Shown: piece after piece, positions 21,182 to 32,226 of the stretch | How the letters are laid out: each line of letters opens with the position of its first letter | How positions within the stretch are numbered: position 1 is the first letter of the stretch | Origin: an uncultured Actinomycetota bacterium | GTDB taxonomy: Bacteria; Actinomycetota; Actinomycetes; JAHEKZ01 | Reading direction: 5' to 3' | Length of the DNA: 64,000 nucleotides | NCBI GenBank assembly: GCA_963743915.1 | Contig: CAVURN010000001.1 | Location: 64,001-128,000 of the forward strand | Translations under genes and position numbers: made by a program | The notes under the pieces: model-generated | Databases searched by the model: none | The model's input: only the letters and a program-made list of their open reading frames with translations | What the model was told of the DNA's origin: nothing

Positions 21182-21874
21182 GTGACCGACCGCGCCGCCC
21201 AGGGCCGCGACGTCGGCGCGCGCCGGAGCGGGGTGCCGGAGGCCACCGTGGGCCGGCTGCCGCTCTACCACCGGGTCCTCGTCGACCTCTCGGACGCCGG
21301 GGTCTCGACGGTCTCCTCCGACGGCCTGGCCACCGCCGCCGGCGTCAGCCCGGCCAAGCTGCGCAAGGACCTCTCCTTCCTCGGTTCGTACGGCACCCGT
21401 GGCGTGGGCTACGACGTCTCGGTGCTCATCGACCAGATCGGGGCCGAGCTCGGCATCACCTCGGAGTGGCCGGTCGTGATCATCGGCGTCGGCCACCTGG
21501 GCCACGCCCTGGCCAACTACGGCGGCTTCGCGTCGCGGGGATTCCGTCTGGTGGCACTGCTCGACGACGACCCTGCGGTGCTCGGCACCGAGGTGGCCGG
21601 CATCGTGGTCCGGCCCTCGCACGACCTCGGCCTCGTGGCGCGCGCCGAGGGCGCCCTCATCGGCGTCATCGCCACGCCACCGGCGGCGGCACAGCAGGTG
21701 GCCGACGCCCTGGTCTCCTGCGGGGTGCGGAGCATCTTGAACTTCGCGCCGGTCGTGCTCACGGTGCCCACCGACGTCGACGTGCGCAGGGTCGACCTCG
21801 CCAGTGAGCTGCAGATCCTCGCCTTCCACCAGCAGCGGCGCAGCGTCGACGCGATCGAGCAGGTGGCGCGATGA
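21182..21874 (+). CDS. rex: Redox-sensing transcriptional repressor Rex
   Basis: RLPLY, LRKDLSFLGSYGTRGVGYDV, GVGHLG, ILNFAP. Confidence 0.96.
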   Translation: MTDRAAQGRDVGARRSGVPEATVGRLPLYHRVLVDLSDAGVSTVSSDGLATAAGVSPAKLRKDLSFLGSYGTRGVGYDVSVLIDQIGAELGITSEWPVVIIGVGHLGHALANYGGFASRGFRLVALLDDDPAVLGTEVAGIVVRPSHDLGLVARAEGALIGVIATPPAAAQQVADALVSCGVRSILNFAPVVLTVPTDVDVRRVDLASELQILAFHQQRRSVDAIEQVAR

Positions 21875-23175
21875 GCCTGATCGCCCTCGGGGTGTCCCAC
21901 CACACCGCGCCCGTCCCGATGCTGGAGCGTCTCACGCTGCCGGCCGACGCCCAGGGCAAGCTGCTGCACGAGCTGCGCGAGAACCCCTCCGTCGGTGAGG
22001 CGATGGTCGTCGCCACCTGCAACCGCGTCGAGGTGTACGTCGACGCGGACAAGTTCCACCCCGCGGTGGACGCAGCGACCGAGGGGCTCTCGCGTGCCAC
22101 CGGCGTCCCGTCGGACGAGCTGGTGCCGCACCTGTACGTGCACTACGAGGACCGGGCGGTCCAGCACCTGTTCTCCGTGGCCAGTGGTCTCGACTCGATG
22201 GTCGTCGGTGAGGCACAGATCCTCGGGCAGGTGCGCCAGTCGTTGCGCGCAGCCCAGGACGAGGGCGCGCTCGGTCGCCAGCTCAACGACCTGGTCCAGA
22301 CCGCGCTACGGGTGGGCAAGCGCGCACACGCCGAGACCGGCATCGACCAGGCAGGAGCGTCGCTCGTGAGCGTCGGTCTCGACCTTGCGGACCGGTCGCT
22401 CGAGGGCCTGGCCGGACGCACCGCTCTCGTGGTGGGCGCGGGCTCCATGGCGGCGCTGGCAGCAGCCACTGCCTCGCGCGCCGGTATGCGGGTGGTCGTC
22501 GTCAACCGCACCCCAGAACGCGCCGCCCAGCTGGCGTCGAAGGTCGACGGTGTCGCGGTGTCCCTCGAACAGCTGGCGGACGCCGTCGTCGACGCCGATC
22601 TCGTCGTGTCCTGCACGGGAGCTCTCGGGCACGTCGTCCCCGCTGACGTCGTCGCCGAGGCTCGCGCCCGCGCCGGTCACTCACCCGTCGTGCTGCTCGA
22701 CCTCGCGATGCCACGCGACATCGATCCCGAGGTGCTGGGCGTCCACGGCGTCACGCTCATCGACCTGGAAGACCTCGGCGCGCTGCTGAGCGACGGTCAG
22801 TACGAGCAGGACGTCGAGGGCGTACGACGCATCGTGGGTGCCGAGGTGCAGAACTACCTGGCGCAGCGCGTGTCCGAGCGGGTGGCCCCGACGGTGGTCG
22901 CCCTGCGGGCCATGGCGTCGGACATCGTGGCGGCCGAGCTGGAGTGGTTCGCAGCACGGCGTCCGGATCTGGCCCCCGCTGACCGCGCGGACGTCGAGCA
23001 GCTGGTTCGGCGAGTGGTCGACAAGCTCATGCACGCACCGACGGTGCGGGTGAAAGAGCTCGCGTCCGAACCAGACGGCGAGGCCTACGCCGAGGCCCTG
23101 CATCGCCTCTTCGACCTCGACCTTCGCACCGTCGAGGCCCTCCGCACGCCGGAGACCAAGGAGGGCGGCCGATGA
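21871..23175 (+). CDS. hemA: Glutamyl-tRNA reductase
   Basis: TCNRVE, GLDSMVVGEAQILGQV, GAGSM, DLAMPRD. Confidence 0.96.
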   Translation: MSLIALGVSHHTAPVPMLERLTLPADAQGKLLHELRENPSVGEAMVVATCNRVEVYVDADKFHPAVDAATEGLSRATGVPSDELVPHLYVHYEDRAVQHLFSVASGLDSMVVGEAQILGQVRQSLRAAQDEGALGRQLNDLVQTALRVGKRAHAETGIDQAGASLVSVGLDLADRSLEGLAGRTALVVGAGSMAALAAATASRAGMRVVVVNRTPERAAQLASKVDGVAVSLEQLADAVVDADLVVSCTGALGHVVPADVVAEARARAGHSPVVLLDLAMPRDIDPEVLGVHGVTLIDLEDLGALLSDGQYEQDVEGVRRIVGAEVQNYLAQRVSERVAPTVVALRAMASDIVAAELEWFAARRPDLAPADRADVEQLVRRVVDKLMHAPTVRVKELASEPDGEAYAEALHRLFDLDLRTVEALRTPETKEGGR

Positions 23176-24104
23176 ACGCCCTCCGTCTCGGAACCCGCAA
23201 GAGTGCGCTGGCGCTCGCGCAGTCGACCCTCGTCGCGGACGCCATCCGCTCCGCCACCGGCCGTGAGGTCGAGCTCGTGCACGTGACGACGCAGGGGGAC
23301 GTGTCGCGTGACTCCCTCGCCTCGATCGGCGGCACAGGAGTCTTCGTCAGCGCACTGCGCGACGCACTGCTGATGGGCGAGATCGACGTCGCCGTGCACT
23401 CGCTGAAGGATCTGCCCACCGCCGACCTCCCCGAGCTCGAGCTGATCGCGGTGCCTGAGCGGGCCGACGCGCGGGACGCCCTCGTCGCACGTGAGGGCCA
23501 CACGCTCACCTCCCTGCCTTCGGGGGCGACGGTGGGCACCGGGTCACCCCGTCGCGCTGCCCAGATCAAGGCGTTGCGCCACGACCTCGACGTCGTCGAC
23601 ATCCGCGGCAACGTCGACACCCGGATCGGCCTGGTCGAGTCCGGCGCCGTCGATGCGGTCGTCCTGGCGAAGGCGGGTCTGGAGCGCCTGGGACGGCTGG
23701 ACGCCGTGACCGAGACGATCGATCCCTCGGTCATGCTCCCTGCCCCTGGTCAGGGAGCCCTTGCGGTCGAGGTCGTGCGTGACCTCGCCGGTGACGACCG
23801 GCACGCAGTGCTGCGTGAGCTCGATGACGCCGCCACGCGTGCGGCCGTCACCGCCGAGCGGGCCGTGCTCGCCGCCCTCGAGGCCGGCTGCTCGGCTCCG
23901 GTCGGCGCCCTGGGAACCGTTTCCGAGCTGGGGTTCAGCGAGCCCGAGCTCACCCTGGAGGCGCTCGCCGCCTCGCCGGACGGCTCGTCCGTCGCACGTC
24001 TGTCCATCACCGCGCCTCTGCTCGAGGCCGACGCGGCGGGCCGCCAGCTCGCCGCCCGGTTGCTCGACAGCGGCGTACCCGCCACATCGAGGGAACATCT
24101 GTGA
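23172..24104 (+). CDS. hemC: Hydroxymethylbilane synthase
   Basis: GTRKSALALAQ, VHSLKDLP, RGNVDTR, PAPGQGAL, GCSAP. Confidence 0.96.
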   Translation: MNALRLGTRKSALALAQSTLVADAIRSATGREVELVHVTTQGDVSRDSLASIGGTGVFVSALRDALLMGEIDVAVHSLKDLPTADLPELELIAVPERADARDALVAREGHTLTSLPSGATVGTGSPRRAAQIKALRHDLDVVDIRGNVDTRIGLVESGAVDAVVLAKAGLERLGRLDAVTETIDPSVMLPAPGQGALAVEVVRDLAGDDRHAVLRELDDAATRAAVTAERAVLAALEAGCSAPVGALGTVSELGFSEPELTLEALAASPDGSSVARLSITAPLLEADAAGRQLAARLLDSGVPATSREHL

Positions 24105-25715
24105 GTACACGCACGACCAAGAAGAAGCCTGTCGGCAGCGTCGCGTTCGTCGGTGCCGGACCGGGCGACCCCGAGCTGCTCACCCTGCGGGCGGTCGACG
24201 TGCTGCGTCGAGCCGACGTGGTGGTGATCGACCAGGGCGCCTCGCGCGCTGCTGCCGACGCCTACGCGCCGGCCGACGTCGAGGTCGTCGACGCGTCCTG
24301 CGGGCAGGACGGGCAGCCGCTGACGCACGCCGCGCGCGCCAAGCTCGTGACCATGGCGGCCAAGAAGGGCGGCACCGTCGTCCGGCTGATGGACGGTGAC
24401 CCGGCGCTCTTCCACGGCTTCGCCGAAGAGGCGCTGGCGTGCGACAGGAACGGGATCCCGTTCGAGGTCGTGCCCGGCGCGTCAGCGGTCACGGCCGTCC
24501 CGACGTTTGCGGGTGTCCCACTGACCACGGCCAAGACCCGCGCCGTGCACGTGGTCAGCGCCGCAGAGGCCAAGCCCGACTGGTCGGCGAGTGTCGACGC
24601 GCACACCACCGTCGTCGTGCTCGGCGGTGCCGCGCGGATCGGCTGAGGCCGCCTCCGGTCTGATCGCCGCCGGGCGTGATGGCGACACCGAGATCGCGGT
24701 GACGGCGCACGGTTCGGTGACCGAGCAGCGGACGGTCGTGTCCTCCCTGGCGACCGTGGCGAAGGAGCTCAAGGCCGCCAGGCTCGAAGAGCCGATGCTC
24801 GCCGTCGTCGGCGAGGGCGTCGCCCTGCGCGAGCGTCTCTCGTGGTTCGAGTCCAAGCCGCTCTTCGGCTGGCGGGTCCTGGTGCCGCGCACCAAGGAGC
24901 AGGCAGCGTCGCTGTCGGAGCAGCTGCGTCGGTACGGCGCGGTGCCCGTCGAGGTTCCGACCATTTCGGTGGAGCCGCCGCGCACCCCGCAGCAGATGGA
25001 CCGCGCCCTTCACGGACTGGTCTCGGGCCGCTACCAGTGGATCGCCTTCACCTCGGTCAACGCCGTGCGCGCGATCCGCGAGAAGTTCGAGGAGTACGGC
25101 CTCGACGCCCGGGCCTTCGCGGGCATCAAGGTCGCGGCCGTGGGCGAGCAGACCGCTGCGTCGCTGGTGGCCTTCGGCGTCAAGCCCGACCTCGTCCCGA
25201 GCGGTGAGCAGTCCGCTGCCGGGCTGCTGGAGGACTGGCCGGCCTACGACGACGTGTTCGACCCCATCAACCGGGTGTTCCTGCCCCGTGCCGACATCGC
25301 CACCGAGACCCTCGTGGCCGGGCTCATCGAGCTCGGCTGGGAGGTCGAGGACGTCACGGCGTACCGCACGGTGCGAGCTGCGCCCCCCGCGGCAGAGATC
25401 CGCGAGGCGATCAAGACCGGTGGGTTCGACGCCGTCCTCTTCACCTCGTCGAGCACGGTGCGGAACCTGATCGGTATCGCGGGCAAGCCGCACGCCAGCA
25501 CGGTCGTCGCCTGCATCGGCCCGCAGACGGCCAAGACGGCCGAGGAGCACGGCCTGCGGGTCGACGTCCTGGCCGAGAAGCCGTCGGTGGTGGTGCTGGC
25601 CGAGGGTCTCGCCGAGTTCGGTGGGTCCATGCGGCACGCGGCGCTGGAGCACGGCGAGTCCGTGTGGCGTCCGAGCCTGCGCCGTGCGTCCGCGCGCCGC
25701 AAGGCTTCCAAGTAG
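24101..25715 (+). CDS. hemD: Bifunctional uroporphyrinogen-III C-methyltransferase/synthase; one frameshift near 24641
   Basis: VGAGPGDPELLT and GDP in the first frame; WFESKPLFGWRVLVPRT, FTSVNAV and FTSSSTV in the second frame. Confidence 0.9.
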
Positions 25716-25726
25716 CGAGGTCAGAC

Positions 25727-26709
25727 ATGGCGTTCCCCACCGACCGACCGCGGCGACTGCGCCGTACGGCAGCGCTGCGGCGGTTGGTGGAGGAGACGCG
25801 GTTGCACCCGGCCGACCTCGTGCTGCCGCTCTTCGTGAAGGAAGGCATCGCGGATCCCCAGCCGGTGGCGTCCATGCCGGGGGTGGTGCAGCACACGCTC
25901 GAGTCGCTGCGGAAGGCGGCCACCACCGCGCTCGAGGCGGGGGTCGGAGGGTTGATCCTCTTCGGCATCCCTGATGCCAAGGACGCGCTGGGGTCTCAGG
26001 CGGACGCCGACGACGGCATCGTGCAGCAGGCGCTGCGGGCACTGCGCGCGGACCTCGGTGCCGACGCCGTGCTCATGGCCGACCTCTGCCTGTGCGAGTA
26101 CACCGACCACGGCCACTGCGGCCCGCTCACCGCTGATCGTTCGACCGTCGACAACGACGTCACGCTCGTGCGGTACGCGTCTGTCGCTGTGGCGCAGGTC
26201 GAGGCCGGGGCCGACATCGTCGCGCCCAGCGGGATGATGGACGGTCAGGTCGCCGTCATCCGGGACGCCATCGACGACGGCCGGGTATGCGGACCGGGCG
26301 ATCCTTGCCTACGCCGCCAAGTACGCCTCTGCCTTCTACGGCCCGTTCCGGGACGCAGCCGAGAGCACGCCCGTCTTTCGGCGACCGGCGTGCCTACCAG
26401 ATGGACCCGGCCAACGCCGATGAGGCGCTGCGCGAGGTCTTCGCCGACCTCGAGCAGGGCGCGGACGCCGTCATGGTGAAGCCGGCGGGGCCCTACCTGG
26501 ACATCGTGGAGCGGGTCAGCTCTGCGGTCGACGTCCCGGTCGCGGCGTACCAGGTGAGCGGTGAGTACGCGATGGTCGAGGCCGCGGCGGCCAACGGGTG
26601 GATCGAGCGGGAGCGCGCCATCGTCGAGTCGGTGACCGCCATCAGGCGGGCCGGCGCGCAGACGGTGCTGACCTACTGGGCCACCGAGCTCGCGAACTCC
26701 CTCCGCTGA
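25727..26709 (+). CDS. hemB: Porphobilinogen synthase; two frameshifts (near 26280 and 26370)
   Basis: [20 protein letters not shown] and PSGMMDG, then [16 protein letters not shown], then [14 protein letters not shown] and YQVSGEY across three frames. Confidence 0.92.
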
Positions 26710-26787
26710 CCCCAGGCCCGCCGAGGTTCCCCCTGGGGGTGCTCCAGGCGTGCCGAGTGTCCCTGGGTCGACGTGAAGCCGGCGTCC

Positions 26788-26801
26788 GGGACCAAGGTCC
26801 A
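26788..26801. promoter_or_regulatory. DosR/DevR-like box
   Basis: GGGAC-CAAG-GTCCA, one mismatch from GGGAC-N4-GTCCC, about 50 bp before the ABC gene. Confidence 0.3.
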
Positions 26802-26849
26802 CACCGTGGATGCCTGGCGCGCCGTACCGTGGGACAGGGAGGTGCTGCC

Positions 26850-27729
26850 ATGGCTGAACCTGCGATCCGCACCGAGGGGCTGACCAAGCACTTCGGCGAC
26901 GTCGTCGCCCTCGAAGGTCTCTACACTCGAGGTGCAGCAGGGAGAGATCTTCGGCTTCCTCGGTCCCAACGGGGCCGGCAAGAGCACGACCATCCGGCTG
27001 CTGCTGAACCTGATCCGGCCCACCGCCGGAACGGCCTGGATCATGGGCATCCCGGTGGGCGACGTCGCGCAGGCGCACCGGCACGTCACCTACGTCCCTG
27101 GAGACGTGGCCCTGTGGCCGCAGCTCACCGGGGTCGAGACCTTGGAGCTGCTGGGCAACATCTCCGGGCAGGTCGACGCCCCCTTCCGGGACGAGGTGAT
27201 CGAGCGGCTGCAGCTCGACCCGAGCAAGCGGGTCCGCTCCTACTCCAAGGGCAACCGGCAGAAGATCGCGCTGGTGGCCGCGTTCATGACGCGGCCGGAC
27301 GTCCTGCTGCTGGACGAGCCCACGGCGGGACTCGACCCGCTCATGGAGGAGCAGTTCCAGCACCTGGCCCGTGAGGCGTCCGCCCGAGGACAGACGATCT
27401 TCCTGTCCTCCCACATCCTCGATGAGGTCGAGGACCTCTGCCACCGGGTCGGCATCCTCCGCGAGGGTCACCTGATCGAGGTAGCCACCCTGGACCAGCT
27501 GCAGGAGCTGGACACGACCATCTACGACATCGATCTCGAGCCGGGTTCCGTCCTGCCGAACCTGGAGGGCATCGACGGGGTGCTCTCGGCCGAGCCGCAC
27601 GGGGACGGCGTCCGCGTGACGGTGAAGGGATCCCCGTCCGCGCTGCTCCAGGTGCTCGCGCCGGTGTCCGTTCGTCAGCTGCGCACGCACACACCGTCTC
27701 TGGAGGAGATCTTCCTCAGCTACTACTGA
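26850..27729 (+). CDS. ABC exporter ATP-binding protein; one frameshift near 26920
   Basis: GGAGG RBS, MAEPAIRTEGLTKHFG, then GPNGAGKS, YSKGNRQK, LLDEPT. Confidence 0.88.
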
Positions 27730-27741
27730 CAGGAGGCAAGG

Positions 27742-29322
27742 GTGTCCGCGGTACTCCGGCTGTACACCCGGCTGACTCGCCGGGGAGTGCTGCTGCTCGC
27801 CCTGGGCATCGCTGCTTACGTGCTCGTCGAGGCCATCTCGTACGTGCAGACGTATCCGGACGAGGCTTCGCGCCTTCGACTGGCTGAGTTCGGGGATCAA
27901 CCGGCCGTGCGGATGCTGCAGGGCATTCCGCACGCCGTCGAGACCGTGGGTGGGTTCGTGGTCTGGGACGGTGGCTGGTTCATGCAGTCGATCATCGGGG
28001 TGTGGGCGGTCCTCATCACCTCCCGGTTGCTGCGTGGTGAGGAGGACAGTGGCCGGGCCGAGCTGGTCGGCGCCGGCCCGGTTCCTGCGTCGCAGGTGAC
28101 GAACGCGGCCCTGCTCATCGTGCTGGGGGGATGCGTGATCACCGGGCTCGCCGTCTTCGCCGCGATCCTGGTTCCCAGCGAGGACGTCCTCGGTGCCGTG
28201 CTCTTCTCGTTGGGTATGGCCGGCTTCGGCGTGGTGATGGCTGCTGCCACCGCGGTGGCCTCCCAGCTGGTGGCGGTCCGACGTCACGCGGCCGGTCTCG
28301 GCGCTGCGTTCCTGGGTGTCGCGTTCGTGCTGCGGATGATCGCGAACAGTGCTGATGATCGCCTCTGGGTGGGGTGGCTCTCGGCCTATGGGTGGATGGA
28401 TCGACTGCGCCCCTTCGGAGACGACAACATCTGGGTCCTGGGCGTCTACGCCGCAGTCAGTGCCGCCCTGATCGCGCTGGCCCTGTCCCTGCGGGCGCGC
28501 CGAGACCTGGGTGCGGCATTGCTCGCCCGCGACCGCGATGTGCGATCCCGACTGCTGCTGCTGCAGTCACCGATCCGCTTCGCGTGGCGCCTCACGTGGG
28601 GCGTCCTGCTGGCCTGGACGCTGGGCACGGCCGTGTACTCGTTCTTCATGGGCAGCCTGATGAAGGCGATGGGTGAGGTGCTCGCGGACGACCCGGCGTA
28701 CGAGATGTACCTGGAGCTGCTCGGGCTGACCAAGCAGGACGTCACGATCGGCATGGTCGCCTTCATGGCGGTGATCGTGGGCCTGGTCATCAGCCTCTAC
28801 GCGGCCTGGCGGATCGGAGCCGTGCGGGCCGAGGAGGACGCCGAACGCGCCGAGCACCTGCTCACGCGACCGCTCACGCGCGGTCGCTGGCTCGGTGGGC
28901 ATCTGCTGTTGGGCGTGGTCTCGGTGGTGGTGCTCATCGTGGCCAACGGCCTGGCCACCTGGCTCGGGGCGGCGATCACCGATGCCGGCGTCAGTGTCAC
29001 CGATGCGGTCGCCGCCACCGCGAACTCGCTGCCCGTGGTGCTGCTCTTCGGCGGCGTCGCTGTCGCGATGTTCGGGCTGGCTCCTCGGCTCACGATCGCC
29101 GTCCCCGTCGGCGGTGTCGTCGTGTCCTACATCCTGTCGTTCATCGGTCCGGCGCTGGACTTCCCCGGGTGGCTCACCGGACTCTCACCCTTCTACCACC
29201 TGGCGCTGGTGCCGGTTCAGGACTATGCGCTCACGCAGGGACTGGTGATGACCGGGCTGGCCCTGACCGCCACCGGGATCGGCTGGTACGCCTTCGGACG
29301 GCGCGACCTGGTGGGCGCTTGA
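27742..29322 (+). CDS. Large ABC-2 type permease (about 12 TM, polyketide/ionophore exporter-like)
   Basis: Duplicated RGEEDSGRAEL / RAEEDAERAEHLL motifs, RRDL ends; AGGAGG RBS. Confidence 0.85.
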   Translation: MSAVLRLYTRLTRRGVLLLALGIAAYVLVEAISYVQTYPDEASRLRLAEFGDQPAVRMLQGIPHAVETVGGFVVWDGGWFMQSIIGVWAVLITSRLLRGEEDSGRAELVGAGPVPASQVTNAALLIVLGGCVITGLAVFAAILVPSEDVLGAVLFSLGMAGFGVVMAAATAVASQLVAVRRHAAGLGAAFLGVAFVLRMIANSADDRLWVGWLSAYGWMDRLRPFGDDNIWVLGVYAAVSAALIALALSLRARRDLGAALLARDRDVRSRLLLLQSPIRFAWRLTWGVLLAWTLGTAVYSFFMGSLMKAMGEVLADDPAYEMYLELLGLTKQDVTIGMVAFMAVIVGLVISLYAAWRIGAVRAEEDAERAEHLLTRPLTRGRWLGGHLLLGVVSVVVLIVANGLATWLGAAITDAGVSVTDAVAATANSLPVVLLFGGVAVAMFGLAPRLTIAVPVGGVVVSYILSFIGPALDFPGWLTGLSPFYHLALVPVQDYALTQGLVMTGLALTATGIGWYAFGRRDLVGA

Positions 29323-29347
29323 CTCTCGGGCTACCCGAGACCCTCTA

Positions 29348-30206
29348 ATGGCTGTCGTGCAGAGCCCAGAGCAGCAGCCGAACGACTCGGACCTGCTGAG
29401 CATCGGTCATTTCGCCCGCCTCTCCGGCCTGTCGGTAGGGGCGCTCCGCCACTACGACGACGTGGGACTGCTGGCGCCGGCTGAGGTGGACGCCGCGACG
29501 TCCTACCGCCGCTACCGGCGCGGGCAGCTGGAGTCGGCGCGCCTTGCCGCAGTCCTGCGTGAGCTCGAGATGCCGTTGGAGGAGGTCCGGGAAGTCCTGG
29601 CCTGTGACGACCCGAGCGTGCGCAGAGAGCTGCTCATCCGACACCGAACAAGGCTCGAGGCGCGGACAGCTCGCCTCGGACGGATCCTGCACCGCCTGGT
29701 CCACCTCATCGACCCCGGTCACGTCCCGCAGGAGGAAGCCATGTCCGCACCGAGCGACGAGCTCGACCCGCAGTCCCAGAGGGCTCTGGCTGCTGCCCTG
29801 TTCAACCGGGTCTGGGAGCTGTTGGAGAAGTCTGACCGCACTCGGTCGGAGGACGACGAGATGGTCAATGCAGCGCATGCGAGCCGGTACCTGTGGGGTG
29901 GGGTCGGTGACCAGAAGAACTTCGCGATCGGCGACTGGCAGGTCAGCCGGGTCTACTCGGTGTCTCGGTCGAGGCGAACCTGCGATCCACCACGCCCGGC
30001 GATGTCTGGATCATGCCGGTGAGGTCGAGGGAGAGCCGTGGCTGCTGGCATCGGCCTATGAGGCGCTGGCCAGGGCGTACGCAGTGGCCGGCGATCGTGC
30101 GGCGGCCGGCGAATGGAAGATCAAGGCCGAGCAGCGGTTGGAGCAGGTCACCGATGCCGACGACCGTGAGGTCGTCGCCCGGGACATCGGCACCCTGCCG
30201 GTCTAG
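29348..30206 (+). CDS. MerR family regulator with a C-terminal all-helical domain; one frameshift near 29963
   Basis: LSIGHFARLSGLSVGALRHYDDVGLL..YRRY HTH; the C-terminal domain continues in the shifted frame to 30206. Confidence 0.85.
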
Positions 30207-30263
30207 CGTCGGGCCTGACGCCCGATTCGGCGTGGCCGCCGAGCCCTGCGAGAATCTGACCTC

Positions 30264-31577
30264 GTGACCTACCCGTTCGACGCCCCCGCCTCCGCCGGCC
30301 TCTTCGACCGCGCGCACGTCGTCACCCCCGGTGGCGTCAACTCCCCGGTCCGCGCCTTCCGCGCCGTGGGGGGAACGCCCCGCTTCATGGTGCGCGGTGA
30401 GGGCCCCTACCTCTGGGACGCCGACGACCGCCGTTACGTCGACCTCGTGTGCTCCTGGGGGCCGATGATCCTCGGGCACGCACACCCTGCTGTCCTCGAC
30501 GCCGTGCAGCGCGCCACGTCCCTCGGGTTCTCGTTCGGCACCCCCGGAGTGGCGGAAGTCGAGCTCGCCGAGGAGATCGTCGCGCGCACCCCCGTCGAGC
30601 AGGTGCGGCTGGTCTCCAGTGGCACCGAGGCCACGATGTCCGCCCTCCGACTGGCCCGCGGGTTCACCGGTCGCGCGAAGGTCGTGAAGTTCGCCGGGTG
30701 CTACCACGGCCACGTCGACTCGCTGCTGGTCGCGGCCGGTTCCGGTGTCGCCACCTTCGGTCTGCCCGACACACCGGGCGTCACCCCCGGGACGGCATCA
30801 GACACCATCGTCCTCCCCTACAACGACGTGGCCGCCGTCGAGAAGGTGTTCGCCGAGGCCGGCGACGAGATCGCGTGCGTCATCACCGAAGCTGCCGCGG
30901 CGAACATGGGTGTGGTGCCGCCGCTCCCCGGGTTCAACGCGCGCCTGGCTGATCTCTGCAACCAGCACGGTGCGCTCTTCATCAGCGACGAGGTCATGAC
31001 CGGTTTCCGGGTCAGCCGTTCGGGCTGGTACGGACTCGAGGGCGTTGAGCCCGACCTGGTCACCTTCGGCAAGGTGATGGGTGGTGGGTTGCCGGCAGCG
31101 GCGTTCGGTGGTCGTGCCGACGTGATGTCCCACCTCGCCCCGGAGGGTGCCGTCTACCAGGCGGGCACCCTCGCCGGAAACCCGATCGCCACCGCGGCCG
31201 GCATCGCCACGCTCCGAGCGCTGGACGCCGAGGTCTATGCCACGGTCGACCGGCGCGCGGAGCAGGTCGGCCAGGCGGTGTCCGACGCCCTGGGGACAGC
31301 GGGGGTGACACACCGCCTGCAGCGGGCAGGTTCACTGTTCAGCGTCTTCTTCACCGATGCCCAGGTCGTCGACTACGACGGTGCACGGACCCAAGAGGCG
31401 TACCGCTACCGCGCCTTCTTCCACGCGATGCTCGAGCGCGGCGTCTACCTGCCACCCTCGGCGTTCGAGGCGTGGTTCCTCAGCGCAGCGCATGACGACG
31501 AGGCGATCGCCGTGGTCCTCGACGCGTTGCCCGCTGCTGCCGAGGCAGCGGCGGCCGCTTCACCGGAGCAGCCATGA
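30264..31577 (+). CDS. hemL: Glutamate-1-semialdehyde 2,1-aminomutase
   Basis: [40 protein letters not shown]. Confidence 0.96.
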   Translation: MTYPFDAPASAGLFDRAHVVTPGGVNSPVRAFRAVGGTPRFMVRGEGPYLWDADDRRYVDLVCSWGPMILGHAHPAVLDAVQRATSLGFSFGTPGVAEVELAEEIVARTPVEQVRLVSSGTEATMSALRLARGFTGRAKVVKFAGCYHGHVDSLLVAAGSGVATFGLPDTPGVTPGTASDTIVLPYNDVAAVEKVFAEAGDEIACVITEAAAANMGVVPPLPGFNARLADLCNQHGALFISDEVMTGFRVSRSGWYGLEGVEPDLVTFGKVMGGGLPAAAFGGRADVMSHLAPEGAVYQAGTLAGNPIATAAGIATLRALDAEVYATVDRRAEQVGQAVSDALGTAGVTHRLQRAGSLFSVFFTDAQVVDYDGARTQEAYRYRAFFHAMLERGVYLPPSAFEAWFLSAAHDDEAIAVVLDALPAAAEAAAAASPEQP

Positions 31578-32221
31578 GCGAGCTCACGGTGGTCCACCTG
31601 CTGCGTCACGGCGAGGTGCACAACCCAGAAGCGGTGCTCTACGGCCGCCTCCCCGGCTACCAGCTCTCCGAGCTGGGTCGCAAGATGGCGGCGCGGATCG
31701 CTGAGCACCTCGTCGACGCCGACGTCGCCCACGTCGGCGCGTCTCCTCTGGAGAGAGCCCAGGAGACGGCACAGCCGATCGCCGACGCCCATGGCCTGCC
31801 GATCAAGGTCGACGGACGGTTGATCGAGGCCGACAACGTCTTCGAAGGGCTGACTTTCGGTGTCGGCGACGGTGCGCTCTCGCGGCCCCGCCACTGGAAG
31901 CATCTGCGCAACCCGTTCCGGCCCTCATGGGGTGAGCCCTACCGTGCGCAGGCGCTGCGGATGCTCGGTGCCATGGCGACGGCGCGAGACGCCGCGCGCG
32001 GTCATGAGGCAGTCCTGGTCAGCCACCAGCTGCCCATCTGGATCACTCGCACACACGTCGAGGGGCGTCGCCTCTGGCACGACCCACGCAAGCGCGAGTG
32101 CTCTTTGGCCAGTCTCACCTCGTTCACGTATCGAGGAGACGACATCGTCGCTGTCACCTACAGTGAGCCCGCCCGCGACCTGCTGCCGGCGTCGGTCAAC
32201 AAGCAGAAGTCCGGGGCCTGA
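31574..32221 (+). CDS. Histidine phosphatase family protein (Rv0525-like)
   Basis: [23 protein letters not shown]. Confidence 0.9.
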   Translation: MSELTVVHLLRHGEVHNPEAVLYGRLPGYQLSELGRKMAARIAEHLVDADVAHVGASPLERAQETAQPIADAHGLPIKVDGRLIEADNVFEGLTFGVGDGALSRPRHWKHLRNPFRPSWGEPYRAQALRMLGAMATARDAARGHEAVLVSHQLPIWITRTHVEGRRLWHDPRKRECSLASLTSFTYRGDDIVAVTYSEPARDLLPASVNKQKSGA

Positions 32222-32226
32222 CGCAC

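Noticed and set aside
24101-26709. Programmed ribosomal frameshifting in hemD/hemB
   Set aside because: There are no slippery heptamers or stimulators, and the same +1 indel pattern affects many unrelated genes, so sequencing error is more likely.
26245-28287. Long antisense ORFs (680 aa here; also 61716-63266, 53937-55661, 44257-45720, 40678-42141)
   Set aside because: Shadow ORFs of high-GC3 genes with no motifs, lying opposite well-supported CDSs.
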